In this document: piece by piece, positions 1 to 13,050 of the stretch | How positions within the stretch are numbered: position 1 is the first letter of the stretch | How the letters are laid out: every line of letters begins with the position of its first letter | NCBI GenBank assembly: GCA_028534125.1 | Contig: CM052818.1 | Coordinates: 11,038,001-11,102,000, forward strand | Origin: Lama glama | Taxonomy: Eukaryota | Direction: 5' to 3' | Length of the DNA: 64,000 nt | The notes under the pieces: model-generated | Told to the model about the DNA's origin: nothing | Databases searched by the model: none | What the model saw: only the letters and a program-made list of their open reading frames with translations | Made by a program: the position numbers and the translations under genes

Positions 1-370
1 GTTCATTGTCACTTACTGAAGTTTTTGTGAATATTCACCTTTTCGTGGACCTTTGTGGTTACTTTATTGGGATTTAGAGAGAGGCTGTGCTAGGAAAATC
101 TAGTCAGACACTCCTACTCTTTCCCCATATTAATTATTCTGAATAATCTTTTAAGGAGTATTTTCAGTGTAAATGTTTTGAAAGTAATGAAATCAATGAA
201 AACTTAGTTCCTTCTCTGTCCAAAATGACACAACTAAGTAATTTTCATGAGCTCTATCTCATACCAGCAAAAATCAAATAAACAGAACAAGGTTTTGAAT
301 ACATAGGCTCCAAAGTATGAAGTTATATTATTAAAGTTTTCCAGTCTTTTTCCCAACCTCTAAGACTATA

Positions 371-745
371 CAATTGACCCTTGAACAACACAGGTGAGAA
401 ACACTGACTGACCGCTGTGCAGTCAAAAAACTCCCCTTATAACTTTAGATTCCCCCCCAAATTTAACTACTAAAAGCCTACTGCTGACCAGAAGCCTTAC
501 TAATAGCATAACTAGTCTATTAACACGTGTTTTGTATGTTCAATGTACATCTGCATATATTTTATACCTTCATGACATAGCTATCTTATTCATATTTTTC
601 TCAATATTTCTAGGCTATGTGGTTCACATGTGAGTTTTTTCAAATTGTTGCAAATCTTAAAACATTTTTTCAATACATTTATTGAAAAGATCTGCATAGA
701 AGGGGACCCACGCAGCTCAAACTCATGCTGTTCAAGGGTCAACTC
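371..745. mobile_element. Non-autonomous Tigger2-family (TcMar) DNA transposon, Tigger2a-like
   Basis: Terminal inverted repeats caattgacccttgaacaaca ... tgctgttcaagggtcaactc, with TA on both sides (369-370, 746-747). Confidence 0.85.
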
Positions 746-1832
746 TACTTAAACTACTGACTTTTACTATATTGAGAATTGAAGAAAAATCTGTCAATGT
801 ATGTATACTGTATGGTATACTTAAAATTAAATATAAGATTTACTTTTATAACTAAAACTGTAAAAATTCTAAATAAAATTTGTACCGGGGAATATTATTT
901 TCAGATTCTTTGCTGCAAAATTCTATTATATTTATAAATATAAGTAATTTGAATGTTCCAAGTAAGCAATTTAAATACCCCAATGAAGGAATTACTGAAA
1001 GAAGATAAGATTTAACTACATATGAATTTAAATAAATAAGTATTCTTCCTTATAAAAGGGTTTTGTATCTCATATAAATGACCAATATTCAAGTGTTACA
1101 AGCAACAGAATTTTGAATAGTGGCTATGAAAAAAAAATTCGTCCATCTTTATGGTGTGCACGGACACAGTATGCTAAGCACTCTGGTCTTTCGCTTCCTG
1201 GTTTTATCCCTGTTGGGCAATCCAACAACTTTGAATTTTATTTCCTTAATGATAATTTAGTAATAATAATATTTTGAGTTATATTGATAAATAAATGAGA
1301 CAATGTGAGCGCTCTATAAATGGAAAAATCCCTATGCAAATATACACTAAAATACTAGCCTGTGTAGCAACAGTTAGGCATACAATTAGTAACTGTTTTG
1401 GCAATGTCACTTTAAACTATAAAGGACAATCCATATAGAAATAATTGTATATATATTTATTACGGGCCGTTGCAACTGTTGATAGTTCTTAAACTGTTCA
1501 CATGGTGCTTAATGCCCAGTTAGTAAACCAAGTAGACTCCGTTTCCGACTTAAATGGACTGTAAATGAAGGTATAAAGAATGGTTTCACTTACACATTTA
1601 AATAATTGCAGGACTTCAGTTGGATGGGGAATACTTTGTCCTCATTAATAAGGACTGGTTCAGATTACATTATGAAAGAATTTCTGAAGCAACAGTTTAA
1701 TTTCATTTTTTCCCAAGCACACATTACCATGGTCTGCTGAAGAGTAATCATGCTCTAGAAAGCTTAAAAAAGAAGGCTGAGAAACAGATAGGAAAGAGAA
1801 AGATTGAGGTGACTTCTGTAGCTCCCTGCCCC

Positions 1833-1953
1833 CTTTTTTTGTTTTTTTTTGTTGTTGTTGTTGTTTTTGTCTTTAATGGAGGTACTGGGGATTGAACCCA
1901 GGACTTCCTGCATGCTAGGCATGCGCTCTACCACTGAGCTATACCCTCCCCCC
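1833..1953 (-). mobile_element. tRNA-Ala-derived SINE, camelid vic-1-like
   Basis: Minus strand reads GGGGAGGGTATAGCTCAGTGGTAGAGCGCATGCCTAGCATGCAGGAAGTCCTGGGTTCAATCCCCAGTACCTCCA, with intact A and B boxes, followed by an A/CAA-rich tail. Confidence 0.85.
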
Positions 1954-2682
1954 TAAGTAATTAAGTTGGTTTTTTTTTTGGGGGGGGGGTTAATCTTCCT
2001 TGCCTCTTTAAGCCGGCTCATCTTTGAAGCTGAGAGCCTTTAACCATCTCCAGGCTAGGTCCTGCTGAAGACTGTGCCTGCTGTGGGTGAGGCTAACCGG
2101 GGACCATGGGCCATTGCATCAGAGGCTGAGCGTCAGATCAGGATGGCTGCTAGTTCTGCTCTGAATCAGGACCCCATGTCCAGAACCCGCATCTTCGTCT
2201 TATTCTTTTGTAGGTGGCGACTACCTGTCACCTTCGTTCCAAATGCCTGCTCAACCCCCTTCCAGCTGAAATCCCTTATGCCCTTTGAACACCTGCCAGC
2301 CTGTCCTTCCAGGACCAGAGGCTGCGGGGCAGGGTCACCTGCAGTTATGGAAGGGTGAGATGAAATCCACAGACTGTTTTGGGAAGAGAGGTATTCTTGC
2401 TCACCAGGTCTTCCTGTGTATACAGGGGGCATGGAAGGGTTTCTCTGTGTGAATCTGTGCCTGCAGCGTTCTAGAACAACTACTTACAACATCACACATG
2501 CACTCTTTTGATAGTACCTGGTTCACCTACTTGTGACAGAAATGACCAGTTGGTTTTTGTCTAACACTAAAGATAATTTTAGGTGTTGTGAAGCTTCAGC
2601 AACAGGTATTCTGTCTGTAGGTACACATAGGCGTGTGTCTGTAGTTATGTTTATTTATGTGTATGAATTTTTTCACTTTTAG

Positions 2683-2900
2683 TTGTATAATGGAAAGAAC
2701 ACTGAAACTGCAATCAGTCTGCCCTGAATTTAAGTATTGGCTCTGCCACTATCTAGCAGTTTTACTTTGGGTCCATTGGAGAGTCAATTTTCTCATCTTT
2801 AAGGTGAGCATAATGTTATCCATCTTTAAGGACAATTGTGAGATTAAGGGAGACAATGTAAAGCCCATAGCATAGTGGCTACCTCACAGATGATGTTGGA
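2683..2900 (+). mobile_element. MIR SINE
   Basis: tRNA-like head (tataatggaaagaacactg), core ttttctcatctttaaggtgag...ttgtgagattaa, and MIR-type 3' end. Confidence 0.75.
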
Positions 2901-3879
2901 CATGCAAACTGCAGTCTTTTTCATGACAATTAAAAGTGTTCAATGCATAGACAGGGCCTGAGGGGAGTTAATGTAAGTGGACTCATTTTTTGTGACAAAG
3001 TAGGGAATTTCCAGAATTAATCAGAGGTGTCAGATTTAGTCCATGGAGATACATGGGGAGGGAAATTTATGGGAAATTCACTAAAGAAGCCTATATGCAG
3101 CAGCAGCATCTCTCAAAATACCATCAGAAAGAAGTTCTGGTGTTAAGATGGGGCATGGTGGGGGAGTGGGAGACTCAATGATTTCTAGGGAAAGCCAAAA
3201 CTGTAGTGATTTTTTAAAATGAGGAAGTGTTTGGGATATTTTTATGAGTAACAAATGTCGCATTTTCTTGGGAAAGAAGTCTCTGCTCCAGCGTTATTTG
3301 TGTGACTTACTTAGAAGAGCAACCTTTAGTTGCCCAGAATAAAAACTAATAATCATGTTGTCTTTGGCTAAAAGATTTGAAACCGCTTTTTCTGGAGAAA
3401 CTGCTGGATGTGGAGCTCTGCTTTTGTGTGCTACTCAAAGAAGGGCTGTGGGGCCACGTCTCCCTGTTCTGCTCTTTCTCAGTAAAAATAAATGTAGGTC
3501 TGTGACTTGAGGCCCTAAACATGTCTCACCAGAATTTGTTTCACATCAGCTGCCAAAAAAATTCTCCTTGACTTGAAGTCAGCCAGTAAGGGGATCATGT
3601 CCAAACAGCCAGTCCGTGAGAACAGCAGAAACCATGAAGAGTTTTTCTCTTTTCATGAAGGTGCCAGCCAGATAACTAAAGATGAGGGCATTCAGGTGTT
3701 GAATGAGCTGCCAGGACCCTCAGGAGCTCTCAGGCACTGCAAGGCTCAAAGCAACGCTGGCCAGACCTGAAACAGCAAGAGCTGCCAGTCTCTGTGTGTG
3801 AAAACCTGCCTTCTGAACACGTTCATGCAACAGGTGTTGCACTGAGTAATCCTCCCGGCAGTCAGAAGGGCCGAGAGAC

Positions 3880-3960
3880 TGAGTCTTTCATATTTTACAA
3901 ATAGAAAGGCTGAGACACAGTGGAGATAAATGATGTACCTATGGCCATGTAAAGCAGTGC
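3880..3960 (-). mobile_element. MIR core fragment
   Basis: attttacaaatagaaaggctgagacacagtggagataaatga resembles the reverse MIR core. Confidence 0.55.
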
Positions 3961-4129
3961 CAAACTGTGTTAGTCTGATAAGGTGTTGCGAGTTTCCATT
4001 GTTCCATTGCGCTGAGGGAGAAGAATGAAGACCTGTTTAAAAGGTGGGGAAGGGGAAACAGCAGATAAAGTCCTTCCTATTTCTGACAGAATATATGAGA
4101 AAATAATGCTTCTAGGAACTTTACTCATT

Positions 4130-4420
4130 AATATTCAGTAACTGTTTCTGGAGTCCCTGGTATACTTAAGGAATTGGTCTCAGCCAGTAATAACAAACCT
4201 TGTGCTCAGGAAGCACACAGTTTAGTCAGAGGAAATTAGACATTTCCAATACAATTTAAAAAACTTAGAAAGTGCTGTATTTTAAGAATAAAATAATTTT
4301 AGGGTAATGGGACTTCTGAGAAAAGAGAGATAGGTTTGAACCAAAAGCATCATTGAAGCTTTCAGGGTGGGGTGCATATTTGAAGTGGACTTTGAAGGAT
4401 GCATGGGGTGGGCTGAATTC
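4130..4420 (-). mobile_element. L2 LINE 3' fragment (degenerate)
   Basis: ctcaggaagcacacagtttagtcagagga and tttgaagtggactttgaaggatg resemble reverse L2. Confidence 0.45.
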
Positions 4421-4893
4421 AGATCCTCAGCATAAGAGGAAAAACAAAATCCAAAGAATGGAAGACACTGCTTGGGAATTGTAGCAGAGAAGTAAAAAGA
4501 CAGCCATGCATCGGGTTGTATTATTAGAGAAGAAAGGCAAAAAAAAGATGGACGGAGAACAAAACTCTAAGGCGGCTGGTGTGAAAGGAAAGGTGCTGAA
4601 GAAGAAATGGTGTATCAGATACAGGCTGTGCTATGGTTGAGAGTAACTATATACAATTATGATATATATAAAATTATGCACAAATATTATGCCATTTATA
4701 TTTATATACAGAGAGAGATGACTTCAATTTTGTTACAGAATTATCCTCATTCTCAATACCATTTTTTATGTTCAAAAAACGTTTCTCCATAGTGTCTAGC
4801 TTTACTTGTATCTGCCATACATGGATTCTCTTTCTATTTGACATATAAGACTTTCTCAAAGCGTGATCATTGGGTGAAAAATAATACCTTTAA

Positions 4894-5025
4894 GCCACTC
4901 TCCCTTCTGAGACAGACTGCATTCTGCCTGTGGATGTGTATCTCCTAGGGCCTCTCGCCTTCTGAGGCGGCCCTTGCCCTGTCTATAGAGTGTGTATCTC
5001 CCTCAATAAACTTGCTTTCACTTAA
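4894..5025 (+). mobile_element. Polyadenylated ERV-LTR-like 3' fragment inserted as a retrocopy
   Basis: Two imperfect ~55-bp units ending tgtgtatctcc, then AATAAA (5005-5010), cttgctttcactt and an A-run; 17-bp TSD with 1 mismatch (4877-4893 / 5026-5042). Confidence 0.7.
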
Positions 5026-6964
5026 AAAAATAATATCTTTAAAGCTTGAAGTCATAGAGGAACAAAAATATTATTATATCCACATATATACACATATTCC
5101 TGATTATTGATTTAGCTGAATTGATCATATTTAAATTAATTACTTTTTCCCTCCAGATCCAAGGTATGTCAAATGGCCATTTATTGCAAGGTGATTCACA
5201 CATTTCAGCAAGATTTCTGAGGTAGAAATTACTTGAATTGAAATCTGTCCAGAATGTAACCAGAAATATTGGAATGACCACATAATAATTTTCTTTCTTT
5301 ATAGCAAAGTTATATTTTATTTTTCTTCTTTTCTTTCAAGTTATCTATTTTGCCTATGGTCAGTCACTGGTTACTAAACTGATGAATAAGAAATATGTTT
5401 TAGACAGCAAATCTTAAATAACTCCCATTTATGACATTTTATCATGTGATATATTTTAAACTTATGATGCAGATGTGTCTATATTAACAAAAGGAAATGC
5501 AGAATAATTCAGTCATTAGATAATTTGGGCTCAAAATCAAAACCACATAATCAAAGGCAACATTTCATCTTCAAACGTCTAATTATTTCATTTCTTTAAT
5601 TTAATTTTCATGCATGGATTTGACAGCAAAAAGCTGAAAAATTATCTAAATACATTTTCAAAAACCCTAGCTTATCTAGTCCAGGAAGGGATCAAAATAA
5701 TTTATGTTCTCAATGAAATATGCACAGGTTGGTGCAATTTTCATCTTCTCACTGACAGAGCAACAAGAAAACAGAGTAAGTTATGTTAAATTCCCGGTCA
5801 CTTATGGCTTTGGTTGCTGCCAGACTGGATGAATATTTTTCAAGGAACTTTTCTACTTTCTAGGACATAGAATAATAATTCTAAAAACACATTATTTGTA
5901 ATATACAAGTTGGAATAGTTAAGTCAGTTAATGCAATATTACTTCTTAGTTTATTTAGTTATTTAGACATTGTGAGACTTACATACTAAGCTAGATAAAT
6001 TTGCCTTATCCCTCTGTCTCGTTCCGTTGGTCATGAATCATTTTGGCTGATCACTCCAGTTGGGCCAATTTCATGTTTTCTCTTGATTCATACTATCCTT
6101 TGTAATTGCCCAAACAATGCATACTCCCAGGCCTCCACTTCACCACCCTATTGTGTCTTTTCAGTCAATTGGAAAACCCATACTCCTGGGCTGTTCCTGC
6201 ATTTTTTTCATGCTATAGAGAGATGGAGCCATTAATGGCAAATCAGTGCTATGAAAATTATAGACTGTTATAAAAGTTTCTTTGCAAATAGCTGTTTAAC
6301 ACCACAAAGAAGTTGGGTTAAAATTGTTTCAAAGTCTAAAATTAGTTACATTTTAAGCTAACTGCATATGCTTTTATTGTCTCTGATCTAAAATATAATC
6401 CCAGGAGGTTGTGAAAAGCATGCAAATTATAGAAAGCTAATTTGCTCCAACAGCGACGCCTCCCATGCAGTTGGGAGGTCTATTAGAAATAGTGTATTCT
6501 CTGTTATTTGCATATTAATAGCACCTGCTGAAATACTTTGGGATTTACTTCCACTGCCAGCAGAGGGACAGAACTAAAATATATAAAATTCCTTTCATAT
6601 CACCATGTTAGGCCATAAAACATGCAGGATGGACTAAGAATTCTGAATTAGTAGAAAAACTAGTTCATTCATATTGTGTATGGTATACAAATTTATTTCT
6701 CTCCTTGATAAAGTATCACTTGTTTCAGAGGTTGCAGACAAGGTGACTGCAAGCCTTATGACACAAGTATTTCTTCCTCCTTAAAGAAAACAAAGCAAGC
6801 TTTTCAAAATGCACAGAGTAAGAATAGAGTTTATTATGCTTTGCTTTGAGAAATTATAAAGTTTAACAAAGGAAAACTAGGCATACTGATAAAAAATAAA
6901 ATGTGCAAAGATCCAGATTCTCAAGATAATACAAACTGTAAAATTTCGTTCATTTGTAAGCATT

Positions 6965-6967
<3 letters not shown>

Positions 6968-7029
<62 letters not shown>
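6968..7029. repeat. Compound (TA)n(CA)n microsatellite
   Basis: Directly visible. Confidence 0.95.
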
Positions 7030-7549
7030 TCCATCCAATAGAAACTTGAAGATTTTCTCTAAAATGGACTTTTTTCTTCTGACTGTGAATTTTCCTATTG
7101 CTTCTTTTCTTCCAACTCAAAATAAAAAGAGGCCTCATATATACCTAGTGCTTGCAGTGTTTTGAAAGAAAAGATAGGTGCTTCTTTAGAGAAGACAAGA
7201 AGATGCTTTTGGTCTCTTAAGTCTTGTATTTAAAACATAAGACTGCCAAAAAAAAAAAAAAACTGATCTACCCAAATATACCTCATCTTTTTCTACCTCT
7301 ACATCTTTTTCCTGTTATTACATCTAAGTGGAATGCCCTTCAAATTCTGTCTACTTGTTGCAACTTATCTATGACTCAACCTTGATCTCAAAATTTAGCT
7401 GGGAAAGAATAACTCGATAACTAAGACAAAAGTGAAATACTAGGAAGGTGTTTACAGCAATGCATGAATAAGAGGAGAGGGCATAGAGATTTTCAAAGTG
7501 TGACATTAGACCTTGCATACTCGGTGAATTCCCTTACTTTGAATCATGT

Positions 7550-7782
7550 AATAATTAGAATGAATGAACACTATTATATGCCAGCACTGTTAAAGATAAT
7601 AACTCATTTAATCTTTACTACAACCCTAAGAAGTAGGTATCTTTTTTTTTTTAAATCATTTCCCTCATTTACAAATGAGGATACAGAATAACAGAGAGAT
7701 TGAGGTCATAAAAGGTCAAACAGTAAGTGTTGCAGCAAGAATGCAAACCCAGGCTTACTAAATTCAATCATGCTCTTAACTC
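7550..7782 (-). mobile_element. MIR SINE
   Basis: actcatttaatctttactacaaccctaagaagtaggtat...catttacaaatgaggatacaga. Confidence 0.8.
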
Positions 7783-8389
7783 TTCCCCCATAGGGTAGTT
7801 TTGTCTTAATAGTGACATCTCTTTGTTAATTTTTTTAATTTATTTGTTGTTGGTGTTAATATATAAACATTCTGGACACAGAATTTCCCATACTATCACT
7901 GGAGGGTCTCTAATTTAGAAACTTATTAAGATTTTTTTTCCTGTGATTTTTCCCAGGCAATATGAATATCGAAAGAGTATAATTCTTCTTCATGTGTCTT
8001 CAGAACTAAACTTTGTGACTGATTAGTTAAGATGCACTTATACTCCCGTGAAGCCATTCAATTCCCACTAGCCCCAACTCTTGGGTAAGAAAAAGGGAGA
8101 CTCATTACAGTTAAATGTTCATGGTCTGACATTCCACTTGTTTCAGTGGAGTTGTTGCAGCAAAAAAATAGTTCAAACCTAACTAAGAAATGGACAAAGG
8201 TTACTGATCTACCAAAATCTGTTCTAAATTGATGTCATAGAATTTTGCTTTCACCCAGAAACTAGTCACTATTTTGAGTTGCTATTTCCTCAGTGTCACT
8301 GTTTTGTTTTTAAGAGTGTTGGTCCTCTGGTTTCCCAGCTCAAAGCAGACAGAATCAAACTGCTAGCTGAGCTGTCGGGGAGAGACCCC

Positions 8390-8800
8390 ACGTCAGTTGG
8401 GCTAGACACTAGCAGCTGTAATGAATGCTGCCGTATATTGTCCTAACCAACACAAGTTTATGTTTCACTCAGTTGAAGTTCAATGTGATGTTCTTTGCTT
8501 ACAGGTATCCTAACACAAGGTCAGTCAGGAACTCAGGTTCTCTCCACTGTGTGCTTTCATGATCTCTTAAAGTGCTGCTGACTTCTGCTGGAGTCTCTAC
8601 ATCCAACTGGTGAGAGATGGAGCTCCAGCGTGGGGCAGACTTAGGGGAGGTCTGGAAGTGGTGTGTATCATATCTGCCAGCATCTCATTCTGTAAGACTC
8701 AGTTAATGGCCAGCCCTAGCTGCAGGGACACTAGGAAATGTGCTCTAAATGTATGCCTAGAAGGAAAGGAAACATGGTATTTGTTATGTTCTCTGGCAGT
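8390..8800 (-). mobile_element. Old MaLR LTR (MLT1J/K/L-like)
   Basis: tcaggaactcaggttctctccactgtgtg, ggtctggaagtggtgtgtatcat and ccctagctgcagggacactaggaaatgtg motifs. Confidence 0.7.
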
Positions 8801-8855
8801 GGTACTTCTGGAGAGGTGCCCGTGATGACAAAGGCTCTGACTGCTGTCAGGAAAG

Positions 8856-9068
8856 CAGGAGTCAGTGAGCTAGGTCTAGAGAGGGCCACACAGGGACTAT
8901 TTTATGCTCTGAGCGCCCCGTGGATCTCTGGGTCTCTGTCGAAGATTCTTTTTGTTATTGTTGTTTAACAGCTCTTTTAACATATGAAAAACCATTCTTA
9001 ACTCAAATGCCTTGTAAAAACTGGCCACTGGCTAGATATGGCCTGAGGGCTGTAGTGTTGAGCCCCTC
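8856..9068 (+). mobile_element. hAT-Charlie MITE, MER58C-like
   Basis: About 213 bp with cagg...cccctc ends; internal aaaaaccattcttaactc and tggcctgagggctgtagtgttg. Confidence 0.75.
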
Positions 9069-9396
9069 CTGTAAGGAAGACAGTTGGATTTACTTCTAGC
9101 TAGCACAGTGACAGATGTTTGCTGTGCTCATAAAAGTGATCTCTGGGATTTCATCATATTTATAGTTGCCCTACCAGTGGGGCCATTGAACATACACTTG
9201 AGGGAGGGGATCTCTACTAGCTTTATCTAGATACAGATAGTAACTTCATATGGAGGAGGCTTTTGCCTTCAATTTCCCTTGAGAAATACATCTATTTTCC
9301 TGGTTAAGGGACCCAGGTTTCATGGTGGGTATGCTCGGCTAACCTATTGATTTCTCAAGCCTTATGTCTGGAAGGAATTTCAGGGTTCACGTACTG

Positions 9397-9579
9397 CAGT
9401 GGTTCTCAAATTCAGTGTGCATAGAAATGATCTGGGGAACTTGTTAAAATTGCAGATTCTTGGAACCTACCCTGAGTATAATAAATCAGAGTCCCTGAGG
9501 ATGAGTCTCCAGACGTTCCTTTTAGAATGTGGGTGCTTCTGGGGCAGATGATTCTCAGAATTCCCTTTGAGAAATTCTG
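9397..9579. mobile_element. hAT-Charlie MITE, MER5-type
   Basis: cagtggttctcaaa...ctggggaacttgttaaaattgcagatt...tttgagaaattctg. Confidence 0.8.
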
Positions 9580-11559
9580 AGCCAGAATATTGACATATGT
9601 GGAGATGGATGGCCACAGGCGTGCGGTGATCTTCCTCAGATAACTCAGCTAGCAAGGGGTCTGGGACTAGACCAAGTTTAAGGGTACTCGCTAGTGATGT
9701 TCCCACTGCACAACCATACTTTTTGGAATTATTTCTGTGTTTCAACTTCAGCTGTTAAAACCTCAGCCTTCTGTGTTCTCTGCCCTGTGTGCGATGCTGC
9801 ATCTCCGAGCTTTAGCCTTTTTAACTTAGGGAGGGAGAGGTAACCTTTCAGGGTTCTAATCAGCTTCCTTGTTTCTGAGGGTAGCTAAGCATGTCTGAAG
9901 TGGACAAGCTTTATTTGTACATTAAAGAGCACCCAGTAAGTGGACCTGAATACCCAGGGGCTTCTTTACTTGCAGAATCACTGTGCCTCAGAATCAGGCT
10001 TTCCCAAGCTGGCACATTTCTATCAGGCAGCCATAAGAAGCTGGTAATTTTTATTTATTGTCTGCAGTTCATGGCAGCCAGTATTTTACCACCTGCACAT
10101 CTAAAAAAGAAGGGGAAGAAAAGCACACCAATATTCTCAAAATGTTTATATTCAAGGAGTGTGTATTTCAGAGAGGGAGGTCGTGATGTGTGTATTTTTA
10201 TTGTGTGTGAAAGAATCCTTAGTGGCAGTGCAGCTGGAAAAATAATGGAAGCACAGGGTACTGTCTTTTGTGACAAAGTTTCCTCTGGTAAGTTACAATT
10301 ATAACGGAGAAAATGATACCTTAGACGGCAACCAATTTTTGAATCCTGGGAAATGCCGTTCAGTGATTCCTCATCAGGACAGCAGAACCTGATCTGTAAA
10401 AATTTGGGCCCCAGTGGGAAGCTGTTTGCAAAGAGTGATTTGCATTTCAATTGTAAGTCCAGCACAACCTTTAAATCTCCACTGCTGCACTATCACAATG
10501 GAATTTTTCTTTTTTTTTCCTTCATGAAGTAGTTAAAAAAGGAATATTACCATACATCAATTCCACAACCACATACAATAAAATATAGGTGGTTATAAGG
10601 GAAAAAAATATGCTGCTGATGGTTAGATTTTTCTCCCAGTGAGTAATTATATCAAAATTTTACAATTGCAGAGGAAATATTATTCCCTGTGTAGGAGCTG
10701 TCCCCACACCATTCCTTTGTCCACAAGTACCATATCCCCTTCCTCTTTTTTCCTACAAAATCCCAAATATTTAGCAAGTATAGCTTCTCTGTTATTTGAT
10801 CTCACTAGATGAAGAAAAAAAAGTAAAACACACAGATGAAAACAATAAAATGGAAAACAATTATTGATTAGAATTAGTCTTCTCTAAGTCAAGTTGTTGC
10901 TGGACTTCTGAGGGTCCACCCCTCAGTCACCTGCCCCTTTTCATTCCATTCAGTAGACTTGCCGTAAAATTCTTATTTTTTTTTCCTTTCTTTAGATTGT
11001 TTGAATTAGCCCTCCTCTAAATCATGGGTTGATTTGTCTTCTGGGTGTGACTTATGGTAACAAAAATGAATGATTACACCCTGTGTTCTGTGCCCCACTC
11101 TATCAAAGGATGTGACACACTTCTTTCAGAATACAGGGTTCACCAGGCAGGGACTAGGAGGCCAGGGAGGGGTGTGGTGAAAGTAGTGATCCCTCTGTGG
11201 CATATTTTAATATAAGGAGTTTGCTTTAACATTGAACTTTGTACATTTCTCTATCATTGTCAAGAATTTAAATTATCTAGAAATCTATGGATTCATCTAG
11301 GTTGCCAGTAACTGACAAATCATCATATCTACTGGTGGGTCTCAGTACTCATCTGACTTACCTAACCTCTCAGGAGATACTCTGCTGATCTCTCGCCATT
11401 AAGTCCGCCCCCCCCGCCCCCCCCCCCCATTTCAGAGCTCTACTCTGTGGCTTTCTTGGACTCTTGAACTCTTTGCTCTTTTGCATACTCCTCCTTCTGT
11501 GTCCATTTATAAATGCTGACATGTAACAAGATCCAGTCTTTGGACCTGTTGTCTCCTGT

Positions 11560-12325
11560 ATCTACACCCACTGCCTGGGCTCTCTGAGCCAGTCCCCTAG
11601 CTTTGTGTACTGTCTGTACTCTGATGGATCCTTGCCATAGATCTTCAGTCCAGCCTCTCCAGATCTCCAGCAGGATTGTCACCTAGCTCCCACTACCTCC
11701 CTATTCTCAACTCCCTTGCACACCTGCTTCTTTTCCAGTTTTCTTCATCACAGTAATTGGCTCCACCATTTACCCACTATCTCAGGTCAGGGTGATGGGG
11801 AGTGGGTGGGAAGGGTCCTAAAATTAAAATCTCTCTTTGATCCCACATCCAATCCAACATTAGCTCCTGTTCCTCTATAATACTACCTATATCTTCAAAT
11901 TCATCTCCTTTCTCGCCTTCTCTTGTTCTGTTTCTTCCTGTTCCTCAAGCCAACCCTGCCCAAGGCACTTTGCCCTCACCTAGTACAATTCCCAGAGGGT
12001 CCTTCCTCTAAATGGCCATGTTGTTTTCAGAGGCTCTGTCTAAATGTGATCTCCTAAGAGGGAATTTCCAAGAACACCATATCCAAAGTAGTAGTAAGCC
12101 TTCCCCTTGACTGATCCCTGACACTCTTACCCTGGTTTATTCTTTTTTGTTGCATGTATCACAACTAGAAATTATATTATATATTTATATACTTATTTAT
12201 TGTCTGTTCACATGCTGGGTTGTAAGTTGGGCATGAATTGGTTTGCTCTGCTTTCTGCTAAAATCCTAGCACCTAGTATAGCTCCTGACATGTAATAGAG
12301 GTTCAATAAATACTTATTCAATATT
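11560..12325 (+). mobile_element. L2 LINE 3' part (L2a-like)
   Basis: cccacatccaatccaac and the terminal cctagcacctagtatagctcctgacatgtaatagaggttcaataaatac. Confidence 0.75.
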
Positions 12326-12699
12326 TTAAAAAAAACAAAACTTTAACATTGTTTTAGTTTAGTTTCTCTCTGCCATTGCTCGTCTCATAAATTATTTGAA
12401 GTAACCTGGATGTTTTTCTAACTGATCATTTACATTTGTATTACATATTACTTTAAGAATTTTCATTTTACATATACCTTAAATCTTCATAACAATTAAC
12501 AGTTAGACTGAAGTCCAGACATTACTTACTGCTTTCATTGTACATCATGAGCTATCTATTCTTAAATTCTTTATTCTAATTATTTTTTCTTTTTCAATTG
12601 GAGTAGTTCATTCGGTGTTTGTTTTTGCAGATTGCCATAATTCTTTTTAAATTAAAATACCATTATTTTATTAAGACAATATATAACATACAGCAGCTG

Positions 12700-13050
12700 A
12701 AACAAGTACAAAGTGAACTCTGGGTTATGACCCTGTGCAAATACTGACGTCCTCAGGAACCGCTGAGTGGTAGGTAGGGTGTGTGTTCTGTGCCCTGGTC
12801 ACTTCATCCTACCCCAGCCCTGACCACACTTTTCAGATTTTCGATCTCCTCCCTTGTTGTCCAGCTCTCTGCCTTCCCTCATACTTCTCATTTGCTGCTG
12901 CTAAATTACTGGAGCTGGGAAACTATAAAACCGAGTTTAATAAACTTGTGTCCAGAGTAAAAGTTAATAATCTGTGATTGATGGCCTGTGCTCTGATTGG
13001 AGTGAAGGAACTTTACTTTGCCCAGTTGCTGTCTCTTGGTTGTCTTCTGG
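12700..13050 (+). mobile_element. Possible ancient LTR fragment, family unassigned
   Basis: LTR-like composition with AATAAA (gtttaataaacttgtgtcc) followed by U5-like sequence; recognition is weak. Confidence 0.3.

Noticed and set aside
1877..1950. Functional tRNA-Ala(AGC) gene
   Set aside because: Mismatches in the acceptor and anticodon stems, a 5' G extension and an A-rich tail fit a tRNA-derived SINE
6557..6571. CTCF site (ccagcagagggacag)
   Set aside because: The conserved C after GG is replaced; a single motif with no supporting evidence
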